A DNA stretch of 64,000 nt from an uncultured Chloroflexia bacterium (GCA_963809215.1 CAWEIJ010000002.1:1492201-1556200), one strand, 5' to 3'. Shown: positions 22,470 to 32,600, numbered from the stretch's first letter. Numbers and translations are program-made. The notes: a model not told the origin generated them from the letters alone.

Positions 22470-23712
22470 GCTCGAACGCCATGGCCACCGATCCCCCACC
22501 GCCCAGGCAGAGCGTCGCGAGGCCGTAGCGGCCCTGGCGTCGCCGCAGCTCGTGCAGGAGCGTCGCCACGATCCGGGCGCCCGACGCGCCGATGGGGTGC
22601 CCCAGGGCGATGGCGCCGCCGTTGACGTTGACCTTCGCCCAGTCGAACCCGAGCTCGCGCCCGTCGGCGAGCGCCTGGGCGGCGAACGCCTCGTTGATCT
22701 CCACCAGGTCGAAGGCCTCGATCCCGAGACCCGTCCGCGCCGCGAGGTTCCGGACGCCGGCGACCGGCGCGAGGAAGAGCCAGCGCGGCTCCACCTCGCC
22801 CTGGGCATACCCGACGATCCGTGCGAGCGGGCGCAGGCCGTGCCGCTCCACGGCCCGCTCGCTTGCCACGACCGTTGCTGCGCCGCCGTCCGTGATTCCC
22901 GGCGAGTTGCCGGCGGTCACCGTCCCCGGACCGGCGAGCGGCATCCCCGGATCCCGGGGGTCGGCGTTCGGCTGTGCGAAGACCGGCCGCAGCCGGGCGA
23001 GCGCCTCCAGGGTCGAGTCGCGGCGCGGCGATTCGTCGGCCGCGACCACGCTCTCGCGGCCGCGCTCGTCCCGGACCGTAACGGTCACGAGCTCGTCGGC
23101 GAATCGTCCGGCATCCTGGGCCGCGACGGCGCGGCGGTGGCTCTCGAGCGCGAACGCGTCCTGCTCCTCGCGTGAGACCCCCGCCACGAGCGCGACGCGT
23201 TCGGCGTGGGTGCCCATGTGGCAGTCCTCGATCGCGCACCAGAGGCCGTCGAGGACGGCCTCGTCCCGGAGTGCGCCGTCCCCGAGCCGGTAGCCGAAAC
23301 GGGCCTTCTCCAGCAGGAACGGGGCCCGGTTCATCGATTCCATGCCGCCGGCAACAAGCAGGTCGGCATCACCCGCGCGGATGGCCGCCGCGGCCAGCAT
23401 GATCGCCTTCATTCCCGAGCCGCAGACGCGGTTGATGGTCGTGGCGGGCGTGGACGCGGGGAGCCCGGCGGCGAGGGCCGCCTGGCGCGCTGGCGCCTGG
23501 CCCGCGCCCGCCTGGAGCACCTGCCCCATGTAGACCTCGTCGATGGCCGCGCCTGCGGGGAGTCCGGCGCGATCCAGCGCGGCCCGGATCGCCACCGCGC
23601 CGAGCTCCGTGGCCGCGACGCCGGCCAGCCCGCCGGCGAACCTGCCGATGGGCGTGCGCGCGGCCGAGACGATGTAGGCGTGTCCGTTCGGGCCGTCCGC
23701 GGGCCAGATCAT
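22462..23712 (-). CDS. acetyl-CoA C-acetyltransferase (thiolase II)
   Basis: ATG 23712 overlaps the upstream stop (ATGA). Has AYIVSAARTPIGRFAGGL, the active-site Cys region INRVCGSGMKA, and C-terminal NVNGGAIALGHPIGASGARI...LCLGGG. Confidence 0.9.
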   Translation of the reverse strand: MIWPADGPNGHAYIVSAARTPIGRFAGGLAGVAATELGAVAIRAALDRAGLPAGAAIDEVYMGQVLQAGAGQAPARQAALAAGLPASTPATTINRVCGSGMKAIMLAAAAIRAGDADLLVAGGMESMNRAPFLLEKARFGYRLGDGALRDEAVLDGLWCAIEDCHMGTHAERVALVAGVSREEQDAFALESHRRAVAAQDAGRFADELVTVTVRDERGRESVVAADESPRRDSTLEALARLRPVFAQPNADPRDPGMPLAGPGTVTAGNSPGITDGGAATVVASERAVERHGLRPLARIVGYAQGEVEPRWLFLAPVAGVRNLAARTGLGIEAFDLVEINEAFAAQALADGRELGFDWAKVNVNGGAIALGHPIGASGARIVATLLHELRRRQGRYGLATLCLGGGGSVAMAFERV

Positions 23713-24938
23713 GGCCGCGATCGTACCCCCTCGGCCTGGCCGGGCACCCTCCCCAGGAGCGCGTCGGCGACGATCCCCCGGTGGACCTGGTTCGTTCCCT
23801 CGTAGATCTGGGCGCCCTTGGCGTCGCGCATCAGCCGCTCCACGCCCGTTTCGCGCGAGTAGCCGGCCCCGCCGAAGAGCTGCACCGCGTCGGTGGCGAC
23901 ACGCATCGCGGCGTCCGACGCCGTCCACTTGGCGAGCGACGCGGCGGCCCCAACCTCGTCCGCGGGTGCGCCCCGATCGCGGGCGGCCGCCGCGACCCGC
24001 GTCAGCGCGCGCGCGGTCGCGACCTGCTGGGCCATCTCCGCGACCATGAAGCGCAACCCCTGGAGCTCCGCGATCTCGGCGCCGAAGGCACGCCGCTCGT
24101 GCAGGTACGTCGTCGCCCGCTCCAGCGCCGAGCGCCCGAGGCCCGTGCAGGCCGCGGCGATCGCGATGCGCCCGTCACCGAGCGCGGAGAGCGCGACCCG
24201 GTATCCGTCACCCTCCCCGCCGAGGCGGTTCGCTGCGGGGATCACCGCGCCGTCGAACACCAGCTCGGCTGCCGGGCATGCCCGGATCCCCATCTTCTTC
24301 TCGTGGGCGCCGAAGCGAAAGCCGGGTGTCCCCTTCTCGACGAGGAACGCGGTGATCCCGGCGGCATCCCGCGCCGGGTCGAGGGTCGCGAACACGAGGT
24401 AGCGCTCCGCCTCGGGAGCGTTCGAGATCCAGATCTTCGTGCCGTCGAGACGGTACGCAGCGGCGTCGCCGTCGGCGCCCGCCTCGCGGCCGTCGGCGCC
24501 GAGGCGCGTCGCGCGCATGCGGATCGCGGCGGCGTCCGACCCGGCGCCCGGCTCGGTCAGCGCGAACGCACCGAGCGCCCGGCCCGCCTGCAGCGCGGGC
24601 AGCCAGCGGGCCTGCTGCTCGGGCGTGCCCCAGCGAACCACGGGGTTCTGGTGGAGGACGTGGACACACAGGCTGATGGCGACCGCCATGTCCGCGGCCG
24701 CGATCTCCTCCACGACGATCGTCCAGGCCGCCGCGGTCAGGCCGGCTCCGCCGACCGACTCGGGGAACGGTCCCGCGAGCAGCCCGAGCTCGCCCATCGC
24801 GTGGACGAGGGACCGGTCGAAGCGCTCGGCCTCGTCACGCTCGATCGCGCCGGGTGCGATCACCTCCCGCGCGAAGCGGCGGACGGTCTCACCGAGCAGG
24901 CGCTCGTCCGGTCCCAGGCCCGCGAACGCGTCGAGCAC
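23709..24938 (-). CDS. acyl-CoA dehydrogenase (short/medium-chain type)
   Basis: GTG 24938 is preceded by AGGGGGAGGG. ACAD blocks are present: GAFALTEPGAGSDAA, GTKIWISNA, RVALSALGDGRIAIAA, QLFGGAGYSRE and YEGTNQV. Confidence 0.85.
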   Translation of the reverse strand: MLDAFAGLGPDERLLGETVRRFAREVIAPGAIERDEAERFDRSLVHAMGELGLLAGPFPESVGGAGLTAAAWTIVVEEIAAADMAVAISLCVHVLHQNPVVRWGTPEQQARWLPALQAGRALGAFALTEPGAGSDAAAIRMRATRLGADGREAGADGDAAAYRLDGTKIWISNAPEAERYLVFATLDPARDAAGITAFLVEKGTPGFRFGAHEKKMGIRACPAAELVFDGAVIPAANRLGGEGDGYRVALSALGDGRIAIAAACTGLGRSALERATTYLHERRAFGAEIAELQGLRFMVAEMAQQVATARALTRVAAAARDRGAPADEVGAAASLAKWTASDAAMRVATDAVQLFGGAGYSRETGVERLMRDAKGAQIYEGTNQVHRGIVADALLGRVPGQAEGVRSRP

Positions 24939-24999
24939 GTCCCTCCCCCTCTCGCGGCGTGGGGCGAACCCCCGCCGGGCCGCTCCGATGTGCCCGCGA

Positions 25000-25863
25000 T
25001 CAGCCGCGCGGGTAGCGGAAGAATCCCTCGCCGGTCTTCTGGCCCAGGTTCCCGGCGGCGACCAGGTCCTCCAGCGTACGCGGCGGGGCGAAGCGCGGGT
25101 CGTCCATGTCGGCATGCAGGACACGCATGACCCCGAGGACGACGTCGAGCCCGATGAAGTCGGCCAGGGCGAGCGGGCCCATCGGATGGTTGAGCCCGAC
25201 GCGCGCACCCGTGTCGATGTCCTCCGCCGTCCCGACTCCCTCCTCGAGCGCGCGCATCGACTCCGCGAGGAGCGGCATGAGGATCCGGTTGACGATGAAC
25301 CCCGGCCGATCGGCCGACACGATCACCTGCTTGCCCAGGTCCGCAGCGAGCGCCCGCACCGTGGCGATCGTCTCGTCGTCCGTCGCGCCGCCCCGGATAA
25401 GCTCGACGAGGGGCATGACCGGCACGGGGCTGAAGAAATGCATCCCGCAGAAGGCCGGCCGCCGGCCCGGCGCAAGGGCCCCGGCCAGCCGGTCGATGGA
25501 GATGGAGCTGGTGTTCGTGGCGAAGATCGCGCGTCCCGACGCCCGCCCGTCGATCTCCGCCCACAGGGCCTGCTTGACGGCCTCGTCCTCGACGACCGCC
25601 TCGACCACGAGATCTGCCTCGTCGGCAGCGGCGATCCGGGCCGTCGCCACCACCCGGATCGAGATCTCGCGGGCGGTCATGGCGTCGATCCTGCCCTTCG
25701 CCACGGCCCGTTCCAGGTTGCCGATGATCCGTGCGCGGCCCGCTTCCGCGCGTGGGAGCTCCGGCTCGTAAAGGTCGACAGCTCGGCCCGAGGCTGCCAT
25801 CACCTGGGCGATCCCGTGACCCATGAGGCCGGCCCCGGCCACGAACACGCGCTCGATCGACAT
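25000..25863 (-). CDS. 3-hydroxyacyl-CoA (3-hydroxybutyryl-CoA) dehydrogenase
   Basis: Rossmann motif VFVAGAGLMGHGIA, plus TNTSSISI, HFFSPVPVMPLVE and GFIVNRIL blocks. Confidence 0.9.
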   Translation of the reverse strand: MSIERVFVAGAGLMGHGIAQVMAASGRAVDLYEPELPRAEAGRARIIGNLERAVAKGRIDAMTAREISIRVVATARIAAADEADLVVEAVVEDEAVKQALWAEIDGRASGRAIFATNTSSISIDRLAGALAPGRRPAFCGMHFFSPVPVMPLVELIRGGATDDETIATVRALAADLGKQVIVSADRPGFIVNRILMPLLAESMRALEEGVGTAEDIDTGARVGLNHPMGPLALADFIGLDVVLGVMRVLHADMDDPRFAPPRTLEDLVAAGNLGQKTGEGFFRYPRG

Positions 25864-25927
25864 GCCGCAGAGCGTACCCCGGCTTCACGGCGCCGGCCAC
25901 CCGATGCCCGCTGGCGGCGGGTCGCGT

Positions 25928-26962
25928 TCAGCCGGCCGCCTGTTCCCCCGTGATCGACGCGAGGAGTCGATCGGCGGCCGCGTACGGGTCCAGCCGGTGC
26001 TCGGCGACAGCGCGCAGCGTCGATTCCGTGACCTGCCCTGACGCCGCCCCATGGAACCGCTCGCGGAGACGCTCCGAGACGATCGTCCAGACCTGCGCCT
26101 CCGCTCGCGCGAGGCGGGCGGCGTCGGCGACGCCGGCGCGGCCGGCCGCGCGGTGACGATCGAGCGCGACCAGGAGCGCCGGGACGCCTTCGCCGGTGGA
26201 GGCGGTCGTGATCAGCACCTCGGGTCGCTTCGGACGCGGCCGCTCGACGCGTTCGTCTCCCGGGATGCCGGCGCCGTCCGGGTGGCCGGCGGCGACGCGC
26301 GAGCTCACGGTCGACGTCAGCATCGCCCGCAGCTGGGCCGCGGTCCTCTGGGCGCCCGGCCGATCGCCCTTGTTGACGACCACGATGTCGGCGACCTCCA
26401 GGAGGCCCGCCTTGATCGCCTGGACTTCGTCGCCCATCTCGGGTGCCTCGAGGACGACGGTCGTGTCGGCCGCGGCGGCGACCTCCACCTCGGCCTGGCC
26501 GGTGCCGACCGTCTCGAGCAGGACCAGGTCGAATCCGGCCGCGTCGAGGACGGTGGCGGCGCCCGTGCTGGTGGCCGCGAGGCCGCCCGCGTGCCCGCGC
26601 GAGGCCATGCTCCGGATGAAGACGCCATCGTCAGAGGCGAAGGCCTGCATCCGGACGCGGTCGCCGAGGAGCGCCCCGCCGGTGATCGGCGAGGACGGGT
26701 CGACGGCCACGACGGCGACGGCCCGCCCGGCCGCGCGCACCTCCGCGATGAGCGCCGCGACGAGCGTGCTCTTGCCCGCGCCCGGCGCGCCCGTGACGCC
26801 CACGAGGTGGGCCCGCCCGGTGCTCGGGTAGAGGCGCCGCAGGGCCGCCTCCGCGGTGGGGGTCCGGTTCTCGACGGCGGTGAGGAGCCGCGCCAGGGCG
26901 CGACGGTCGCCGGCGACGGCCGCGTCGGCCAGCTCGACCGCGCGGGTCGCGGCGCGGTTCAC
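25928..26962 (-). CDS. meaB: methylmalonyl-CoA mutase-associated G-protein chaperone (MeaB/ArgK)
   Basis: P-loop [25 protein letters not shown] and VVNKGD motifs. ATGA-type overlap with the upstream B12-binding subunit gene. Confidence 0.85.
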   Translation of the reverse strand: MNRAATRAVELADAAVAGDRRALARLLTAVENRTPTAEAALRRLYPSTGRAHLVGVTGAPGAGKSTLVAALIAEVRAAGRAVAVVAVDPSSPITGGALLGDRVRMQAFASDDGVFIRSMASRGHAGGLAATSTGAATVLDAAGFDLVLLETVGTGQAEVEVAAAADTTVVLEAPEMGDEVQAIKAGLLEVADIVVVNKGDRPGAQRTAAQLRAMLTSTVSSRVAAGHPDGAGIPGDERVERPRPKRPEVLITTASTGEGVPALLVALDRHRAAGRAGVADAARLARAEAQVWTIVSERLRERFHGAASGQVTESTLRAVAEHRLDPYAAADRLLASITGEQAAG

Positions 26963-27366
26963 CCTTCGGGCGGCCGGACGTGGCTCCGGATGTAGGCCGC
27001 GACCTCCGCGATCGTGGTTCCCGGCCCGAAGACGGCGGCGACGCCGGCCTCCTCGAGGGCCGGGATGTCGTCGTCGGGGATGATCCCGCCCGCGGTCACG
27101 AGCACGTCGTCGAGCCCCCGCTCGCGCAGCAGGCGCGTGACCTTCGGAAGGAGCGTCATGTGGGCGCCCGACAGGATCGAGAGCCCCACAACGTCCACGT
27201 CCTCCTGGAGGGCCGCGGTGACGATCATCTCCGGGGTCTGGCGCAGGCCCGTGTAGACGACCTCGAAGCCTTCGTCACGGAGGCCGCGGGCGAGGACCTT
27301 GGCGCCCCGATCGTGTCCGTCGAGGCCGGGCTTCGCGATCAGGATCTTGATCGGTCGTTCGCTCAT
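26959..27366 (-). CDS. methylmalonyl-CoA mutase family, cobalamin-binding small subunit/domain
   Basis: 135 aa. Has the DxHxxG B12 motif ([11 protein letters not shown]), SILSGAH and GGIIP blocks. Confidence 0.9.
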   Translation of the reverse strand: MSERPIKILIAKPGLDGHDRGAKVLARGLRDEGFEVVYTGLRQTPEMIVTAALQEDVDVVGLSILSGAHMTLLPKVTRLLRERGLDDVLVTAGGIIPDDDIPALEEAGVAAVFGPGTTIAEVAAYIRSHVRPPEG

Positions 27367-27435
27367 GGGCGGGATGATAGCCGCGCGGGTGCGTCCCAGG
27401 GGACGTGCCCTCGGCCGGTCGTGCGGCCCGACGCG

Positions 27436-28173
27436 TCAGGCGCCGGGCGCGCGGCGCTCGAGGTGCGCGAAGAATTCCGCCCGGGTCTTGTCGCTCGTCC
27501 GGAAGAGCCCCAGGACGTGGCTCGTCGTCATCACCGTGCCGGGCTTGCGGATGCCGCGCATGACGGCGCACAGGTGGGTCGCCTCGACGACCACGCCCGT
27601 GCCGGTCGGGCCAAGGCGCTCCTGCAGGAAGCTCGCGATCTGCTGGGTCAACCGCTCCTGGACCTGGAGCCGGCGGGCATACATCTCCACGATCCGTGGG
27701 ATCTTCGAGAGCCCGATGACGCGGCCCTTCGGGATGTAGGCGACCGCAGCCGTCCCGAAGAACGGCAGGAGGTGATGCTCGCAGAGCGAGTAGAAGGGGA
27801 TCTCCTTGACGACCACCATCTCGCTGTAGTCGACCTCGAAGATCGCGCCGTTGATGAGACGCTCCGGGTCCACGTGATAGCCGGCGGTCAGCTCCGCGTA
27901 CATGCGGTGGACGCGGCCTGGCGTTCCCGTCAGGCCCGGCCGGTCGGGGTCCTCGCCGATCTCGCGAAGGATCTCCTGGACCGCGGACTCCACGCGGTCG
28001 CTCCCGATCGAACCGCGACGACCGACGGGGCCACCCTCGATCGCTGCCGCGGGCGCGAGGGCCGCAGCGAACGCCAGGGCAGCCTCCTCCTCGTCCTCCT
28101 CCTCCTCGCCGATCTCGGTCTCGATCTCGGCGACGATGGACTTCACGTGCGCGGGCAGATCTCGGCTGGGCAT
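27436..28173 (-). CDS. folE: GTP cyclohydrolase I (FolE type 1) with acidic N-terminal extension
   Basis: [37 protein letters not shown] and HLCAVMRG blocks. The N-terminal about 55 aa include an EEEEDEEE run. Confidence 0.9.
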   Translation of the reverse strand: MPSRDLPAHVKSIVAEIETEIGEEEEDEEEAALAFAAALAPAAAIEGGPVGRRGSIGSDRVESAVQEILREIGEDPDRPGLTGTPGRVHRMYAELTAGYHVDPERLINGAIFEVDYSEMVVVKEIPFYSLCEHHLLPFFGTAAVAYIPKGRVIGLSKIPRIVEMYARRLQVQERLTQQIASFLQERLGPTGTGVVVEATHLCAVMRGIRKPGTVMTTSHVLGLFRTSDKTRAEFFAHLERRAPGA

Positions 28174-28182
28174 GGCCGCATC

Positions 28183-29308
28183 CTATCCGGATGTGCCTGC
28201 CAGCGTCCCCCTGCCTCCGTCGGGCCTCGGGCGAGCGGCCGCGCGGATCGCCGCGGCAACGACTCCGGGCACGTGGCGCGGCAGGTCATGGCCCAGCCAG
28301 GGAAGGCCAAGGGTGTGGATGGGAGAGCGGCCGGAGGCCGCGCGTGAAGACGCGACCTCGCGAAGGGCGGCCACGTGCCTGCCCGCGTCGTCGTCGCGGG
28401 CCACGATGGCCACGATCTCCGCTTCAACGGCCGGCAGGACGGCTCGTGGCTCGAAGGTCCACATCGCCCCGACCGACGCCGCGAGCGCGTGGCCGTGGAT
28501 CGCGAGCTTGACCCTGCCCGCCGCCGTCTCGACGACCTCGGCCCGGGCGGCCCGCTCTCCGTCGGCTCCCCAGGAGGCCGGATCGAACGCTTCCCGGTCG
28601 GCGAGCCAGGCCGCCATCGATCCGAGCACCTCGGGCGGCTCGGCGATCGCGGTGAGCCACTCGTCCGGGGTCATCCCGGTCTCCGTCGAGAGATCGGTCC
28701 AGCCGCCGTCGACGAGGACGAGCCCGGAGCACCGGCCGCCGAGCGCATTTGCCGCCCACGCGGCGACGACCGCGCCGTACCCGTGCCCGGCGACCACGAA
28801 CGAGCGGCCCCGGCCAGGTGTCGACTCGCGGCGGAGCGTCGTCGACCGCCAGCAGGCCGGCGCCCTCCGCGACCGCGATCGCGTCCTCCGCCAGCTGGTC
28901 CGGGTCGTACCCGTCGGTCGGCGCGTCCGAGAGGCCGTGCCCACGAAGGTCCATGGCCGCGACCCGTGCGTCCGCGCGGAGCATTCGTGCCACGGGCGCC
29001 CACGACCAGGCAGTCCGGGCCAGGCCGTGGATCAGCAGGATCCCCGGCACCTCGGGACGGGCGAGGGGGTTGCCGGGCGCGGCCCCCGGCCCTGCCTGCC
29101 CCGCGTTCGCAGCCGGCCCGCCCCAGTCGAGGAAGTGGATCCGGACGCCACCCTCCATCGCGACCAGGTAGCCGGCCGGCTCCACGTTCGGATCGGTTCT
29201 CGCCCCTGCCCGGGGTGCTCCGGTGCCGAGATCAAGCTCGTCGAGGCCCGCGCCGTGGAGCGGAAGGACGGGGATGCGCTCCATGTCGCCGTAGGATAGG
29301 CCGGACAT
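28183..29308 (-). pseudogene. alpha/beta-hydrolase fold protein, split by a +1 frameshift between about 28805 and 28835
   Basis: Frame of 29419 has ILLIHGLARTAWSWAPVARMLRADARVAAMDLRGHGLSD...GAGLLAVDDAPPR. Frame of 28944 continues RSFVVAGHGYGAVVAAWAANALGGRCSGLVLVDGGW... The nucleophile elbow reads G-H-G-Y-G, with Gly where Ser is expected. ATG at 29308 or 29284. Confidence 0.65.
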
Positions 29309-29735
29309 GTCGAAGCGACGCCGAGGGATCCCGGCCGCAGACCTCGCCGCCATCCGCCGGCGCCGCGAGGCTCGACACTCGCGATTCGAGGCGCTGGTCG
29401 ACCGCGCCCTCGCGGGCATCCCGGCACCGTTCTCCGCGGCGCTCGACGAGGTCGCGATCGTGATCGCCGACGAGCCATCGCGCGAGCAGCGGCGCGAGGA
29501 GGGCCTCGAACCCGACGAGACCCTGTACGGCCTCTACGAAGGGGTCCCGCGGACCGAGTGGGGTGCCGACGGGGTGCCGTTCCCGAACTCGATCACGATC
29601 TTCCGCCTGCCGCTGGAGGAGGACTTCCCGGATCCGTTGGACCTCGAGGACGAGGTCCGGATCACCGTCATCCACGAGCTCGCCCATCATCTCGGCATCG
29701 ACGACGAGCGCCTGGCCGAGCTCGGCGTCGACTGA
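29307..29735 (+). CDS. small zinc metallopeptidase-like protein (zincin, HExxH)
   Basis: 142 aa with VIHELAHHLG (HExxH) near the C-terminus and a VAIVIADEP block typical of the short metallopeptidase-like family. Its ATG overlaps the divergent hydrolase ATG. Confidence 0.7.
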   Translation: MSKRRRGIPAADLAAIRRRREARHSRFEALVDRALAGIPAPFSAALDEVAIVIADEPSREQRREEGLEPDETLYGLYEGVPRTEWGADGVPFPNSITIFRLPLEEDFPDPLDLEDEVRITVIHELAHHLGIDDERLAELGVD

Positions 29736-29752
29736 CCGCCGGCCCGCGAAGG

Positions 29753-30785
29753 TCAGCGTCCCGGCAGCGGCGCCGCCTCCGCGAGGAGCTCGCCGAGCCG
29801 CTCGATGGCGACGTTTCCCCCGCTCAGGACGACGCAGACCCGATCGCCGTGGCGCAACGGGATGCGTCCGTGAAGGATCGCGGCAAGTCCCGCCGCGCCG
29901 GCCGGCTCCAGCACCTGCTTCATCCGCTCGGCCGCGAATCGGACGCCGCTGAGGATCTCGGCGTCGCTCAGCGTCACGATGCCCGCGACATGGCGCTTCA
30001 CGAGCGGCAGCGTCCACTCGCCGGCGAACGGAGCATTGAGGCCGTCGGCGACGCTCGCGGCCGTCACCGGGACGACGGCGTCCGCGGCGATGGCGGTGGA
30101 GACTGCCGTCGAGCTCGCCGGCTCGACGCCCCACACCCGTGTCACGGGCCGCCGCGTCGCGATCGCCGTCGCGATGCCCGAGATGAGCCCGCCGCCGCCG
30201 ACCCCGACGACCACGACGTCCACGTCCGGCAGATCCGCCAGGATCTCGAGGCCGACGGTGCCCTGACCGGCGATCGTGATGGGATGGTCGAACGGGTGGA
30301 TGAAGGTCAGGCCGCGCGCGTCGCGGATCCGCTCCATCTCGGTCCAGGCCTCCGCCGTCGTCGCTCCGTGAAGGATCACCTCTGCGCCGTATGCGCGGCA
30401 GGCCTCGACCTTCGAGCGCACGGCGGCCGCCGGCATGACCACCACGGCGTGGATACCCGCGAGACGCGGCCGCCATCGCGAGCGCGGCCGCGTGGTTCCC
30501 GGCGGAGATCCCGATGACGCCCGCGGATCTCTCCGCGTCGTCGAGCAGGGCGAGGCGAAGGGTCGCCCCGCGGACCTTGAACGAGCCGGTGCCCTGGAGA
30601 TGCTCCGCTTTCGCGTACAGCGTGCCGTCTCCGAGGCGGACGCCGCTCGCCGACTCGGCGATCCGCCCGGCGGTTCGGGAGGTCAGGAGCGGCGTCCGGG
30701 AGACGCGCCCCGCGATGAGCTTGGCGGCCTCGTCGAACGATTCGCGTGCGATGGTGCGGGCAACGGGATCGGCGGTGATCGGCAT
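29753..30785 (-). pseudogene. PLP-dependent threonine/serine dehydratase (ammonia-lyase), one extra base at about 30455
   Basis: N-terminal frame has LYAKAEHLQGTGSFKVRGA (PLP lysine) ...ISAGNHAAALAMAAASRG. The +1 frame continues IHAVVVMPAAAVRSKVEACRAYGAEVILHG...VGVGGGGLISG...VLSGGNV. Confidence 0.8.
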
Positions 30786-30854
30786 GCGGCGGAGTATCGC
30801 GGAAGGGCACGCGGGGCGCCGGCGCGAGCCGTACCATCAAGCTGGGTGGACTGA

Positions 30855-30934
30855 CCGGGCAGGCGGCGGTGCGTGGCCCGGCGTCGCGGCCGGGCAGGCG
30901 CGGTGCGTGGCCCGGGCGTCGAATCGGCCGGGCG
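30855..30934. repeat. imperfect 35-38 bp tandem direct repeat x2.2 in a divergent intergenic region
   Basis: CCGGGCAGGCGGCGGTGCGTGGCCCGGCGTCGCGG (30855-30889) is followed by CCGGGCAGGCGCGGTGCGTGGCCCGGGCGTCGAATCGG (30890-30927) and a partial CCGGGCG. Confidence 0.8.
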
Positions 30935-31050
30935 CGCCCCGTCGAGCGGCCCGGAGCGCCGGTCGGAACGGCCCTTGCGAACGCGACCGCCGCCCGCAAC
31001 GCTGGATCGAGGGCTGGCATTCGCGACCGCGAGCTTGGAGGACAGGCGAC

Positions 31051-31689
31051 ATGAACCTGACCGACGGGTTGACGGGCGTCCGGATCGCGCCGGCCGAGGA
31101 CCGCCGACGTGCCGGCCTCGTCTTCTTCGTCCTCGCCGCCCAGTTCATGGTCGTGATCATGCTCGCCGCATCCATCGCGCCCGGCTACGACTTCAACGGA
31201 GCCGCGATCAGCGACCTGGGCGTGATCGCGTCCACCGCCCTGCTGTTCAACGCGTCGCTGGCGGCCGTCGGCGTGCTGAACGTCCTGGGCGGCGCTTTCT
31301 ACTACCGATCGCACCGTCGCGGCTGGGTGCTCGTGCTCTTCGTCCTCGCCAGCGTCGGGGCCATCGGCACGGCTGCGTTCCCGCTGGATCGCGGCGACGT
31401 GCACAGCCTCTTCGCGCTCGTCGCGTTCCTCTTCTTCAACCTCGAGGCGATGGCGGTCGGCAGCCTCGTGAACGGCGCGATGCGGCTGATCTCCGTCCTG
31501 GCGGGGGTCGTCGGGCTCGTCTTCGTCGTGCTGATGGTGGTCGGCGATGGCGGCGACGCGGCCGCCTTCGGCGCCATCGGCCACGGCGGCACCGAGCGGA
31601 TGATCGTCTACCCCACGATGCTGTGGATGCTCGCTCTCGGCGGCAACCTGATGGCGGCGCGCGAGGATGCCGGAGCGGGACAGGGCTGA
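31051..31689 (+). CDS. DUF998-like integral membrane protein
   Basis: ATG 31051 follows GGAGGACAGG. 212 aa with about 6 hydrophobic helices. The upstream part of the 391-aa track ORF is Arg/Ala-rich shadow. Confidence 0.6.
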   Translation: MNLTDGLTGVRIAPAEDRRRAGLVFFVLAAQFMVVIMLAASIAPGYDFNGAAISDLGVIASTALLFNASLAAVGVLNVLGGAFYYRSHRRGWVLVLFVLASVGAIGTAAFPLDRGDVHSLFALVAFLFFNLEAMAVGSLVNGAMRLISVLAGVVGLVFVVLMVVGDGGDAAAFGAIGHGGTERMIVYPTMLWMLALGGNLMAAREDAGAGQG

Positions 31690-31797
31690 TCGCGCGAGGC
31701 TTCGCGGGCGCAGATCCGGCCGACCGGGCCGCGGCTCGAGGCCGGCTCCGGCTCGAGGTCTCGCACGCCCTGAGGTTCCGCACTGCTCGAAGGCAAG

Positions 31798-31829
31798 CAC
31801 TTGCGTTGTTGCGCAAGTGATGAGATACT
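31798..31829 (+). promoter_or_regulatory. 8-6-8 inverted repeat (CACTTGCG-N6-CGCAAGTG) overlapping a TTGCGT-17 nt-GATACT promoter, candidate ArsR operator; probably a leaderless transcript
   Basis: Arms at 31798-31805 and 31812-31819 are exact reverse complements. The -35 is at 31801-31806 and the -10 at 31824-31829. The GTG at 31836 lies 7 nt after the -10. Confidence 0.5.
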
Positions 31830-31835
31830 CCGCCC

Positions 31836-32135
31836 GTGGTCACTGAGCAGCGCATGAACACCGACGCCGAGCGGCAGCGTGCCGCCCGGATCGGCCGGGC
31901 GCTGGCCGACCCCAAGCGGCTCTGCGTCCTCGAGACGCTGGCCGCCGGTGAGGCCTCCGTCTCGGAGCTCTCGGCCTGCGTCGGCTGCCAGGTGCCGAAC
32001 ATGTCGCAGCATCTCGCCGTGCTGCGAAGCGCTGGGCTGGTCGCCACCCGACGCGACGGGAGCACCGTCTACTACCGGCTCGCGGACGCGCGCGTCCTCG
32101 AAGCCTACCGTCTCATCTTTGGGCTGGCCGGCTAG
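31836..32135 (+). CDS. ArsR/SmtB-family transcriptional regulator
   Basis: LADPKRLCVLETLAAGEASVSELSACVGCQVPNMSQHLAVLRSAGLVATRRDGSTVYYRL is a canonical ArsR wHTH. An alternative ATG is at 31854. Confidence 0.85.
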   Translation: MVTEQRMNTDAERQRAARIGRALADPKRLCVLETLAAGEASVSELSACVGCQVPNMSQHLAVLRSAGLVATRRDGSTVYYRLADARVLEAYRLIFGLAG

Positions 32136-32180
32136 GCCCGTCCTCGCGCCCGGGCAGCCGGGAGAAAGGGTTCCCGACCG

Positions 32181-32525
32181 ATGGTCGAGATCAAGCACGC
32201 AACCGACACCACCTTCGACGAGCTCGTCCTGAAGTCGGAGCGCCCCGTCATCGTGGACTTCTGGGCCGCCTGGTGCGGGCCCTGCAAGCTCGTCGCCCCG
32301 GAGCTCGAGAAGCTCGCCGCGAAGTACGACGGCGCCGTGGACGTGGTGAAGGTCGACGTCGACGCGAACCCCGGCCTCAGCCGGGCGTTCAACATCATGA
32401 GCATCCCGACGATCGCGTTCTTCCCGGGCGAGGGCAAGCAGCCGATGGGCGTTGTCGGCTTCCAGCCCGCCGATCAGCTCGAGCAGCGCTTCGGCCTGCC
32501 GACGTACGCCAAGACCGCCAGCTGA
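32181..32525 (+). CDS. trxA: thioredoxin
   Basis: 114 aa with the WCGPC active site (FWAAWCGPCK) and the thioredoxin fold pattern. Confidence 0.95.
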   Translation: MVEIKHATDTTFDELVLKSERPVIVDFWAAWCGPCKLVAPELEKLAAKYDGAVDVVKVDVDANPGLSRAFNIMSIPTIAFFPGEGKQPMGVVGFQPADQLEQRFGLPTYAKTAS

Positions 32526-32568
32526 TCGGGACGCTGCGGGGCCATCCAGCCTCGCGCATCGCCGCCTG

Positions 32569-32600
32569 ACCGCCCCTCCCGGCTCGCCGGGTGGGGCGGT
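32569..32600. terminator. GC-rich hairpin between convergent genes (candidate bidirectional terminator)
   Basis: ACCGCCCC (32569-32576) pairs with GGGGCGGT (32593-32600), and the 16-nt loop contains CCGG..CCGG. It lacks a strong U-tract. Confidence 0.4.
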
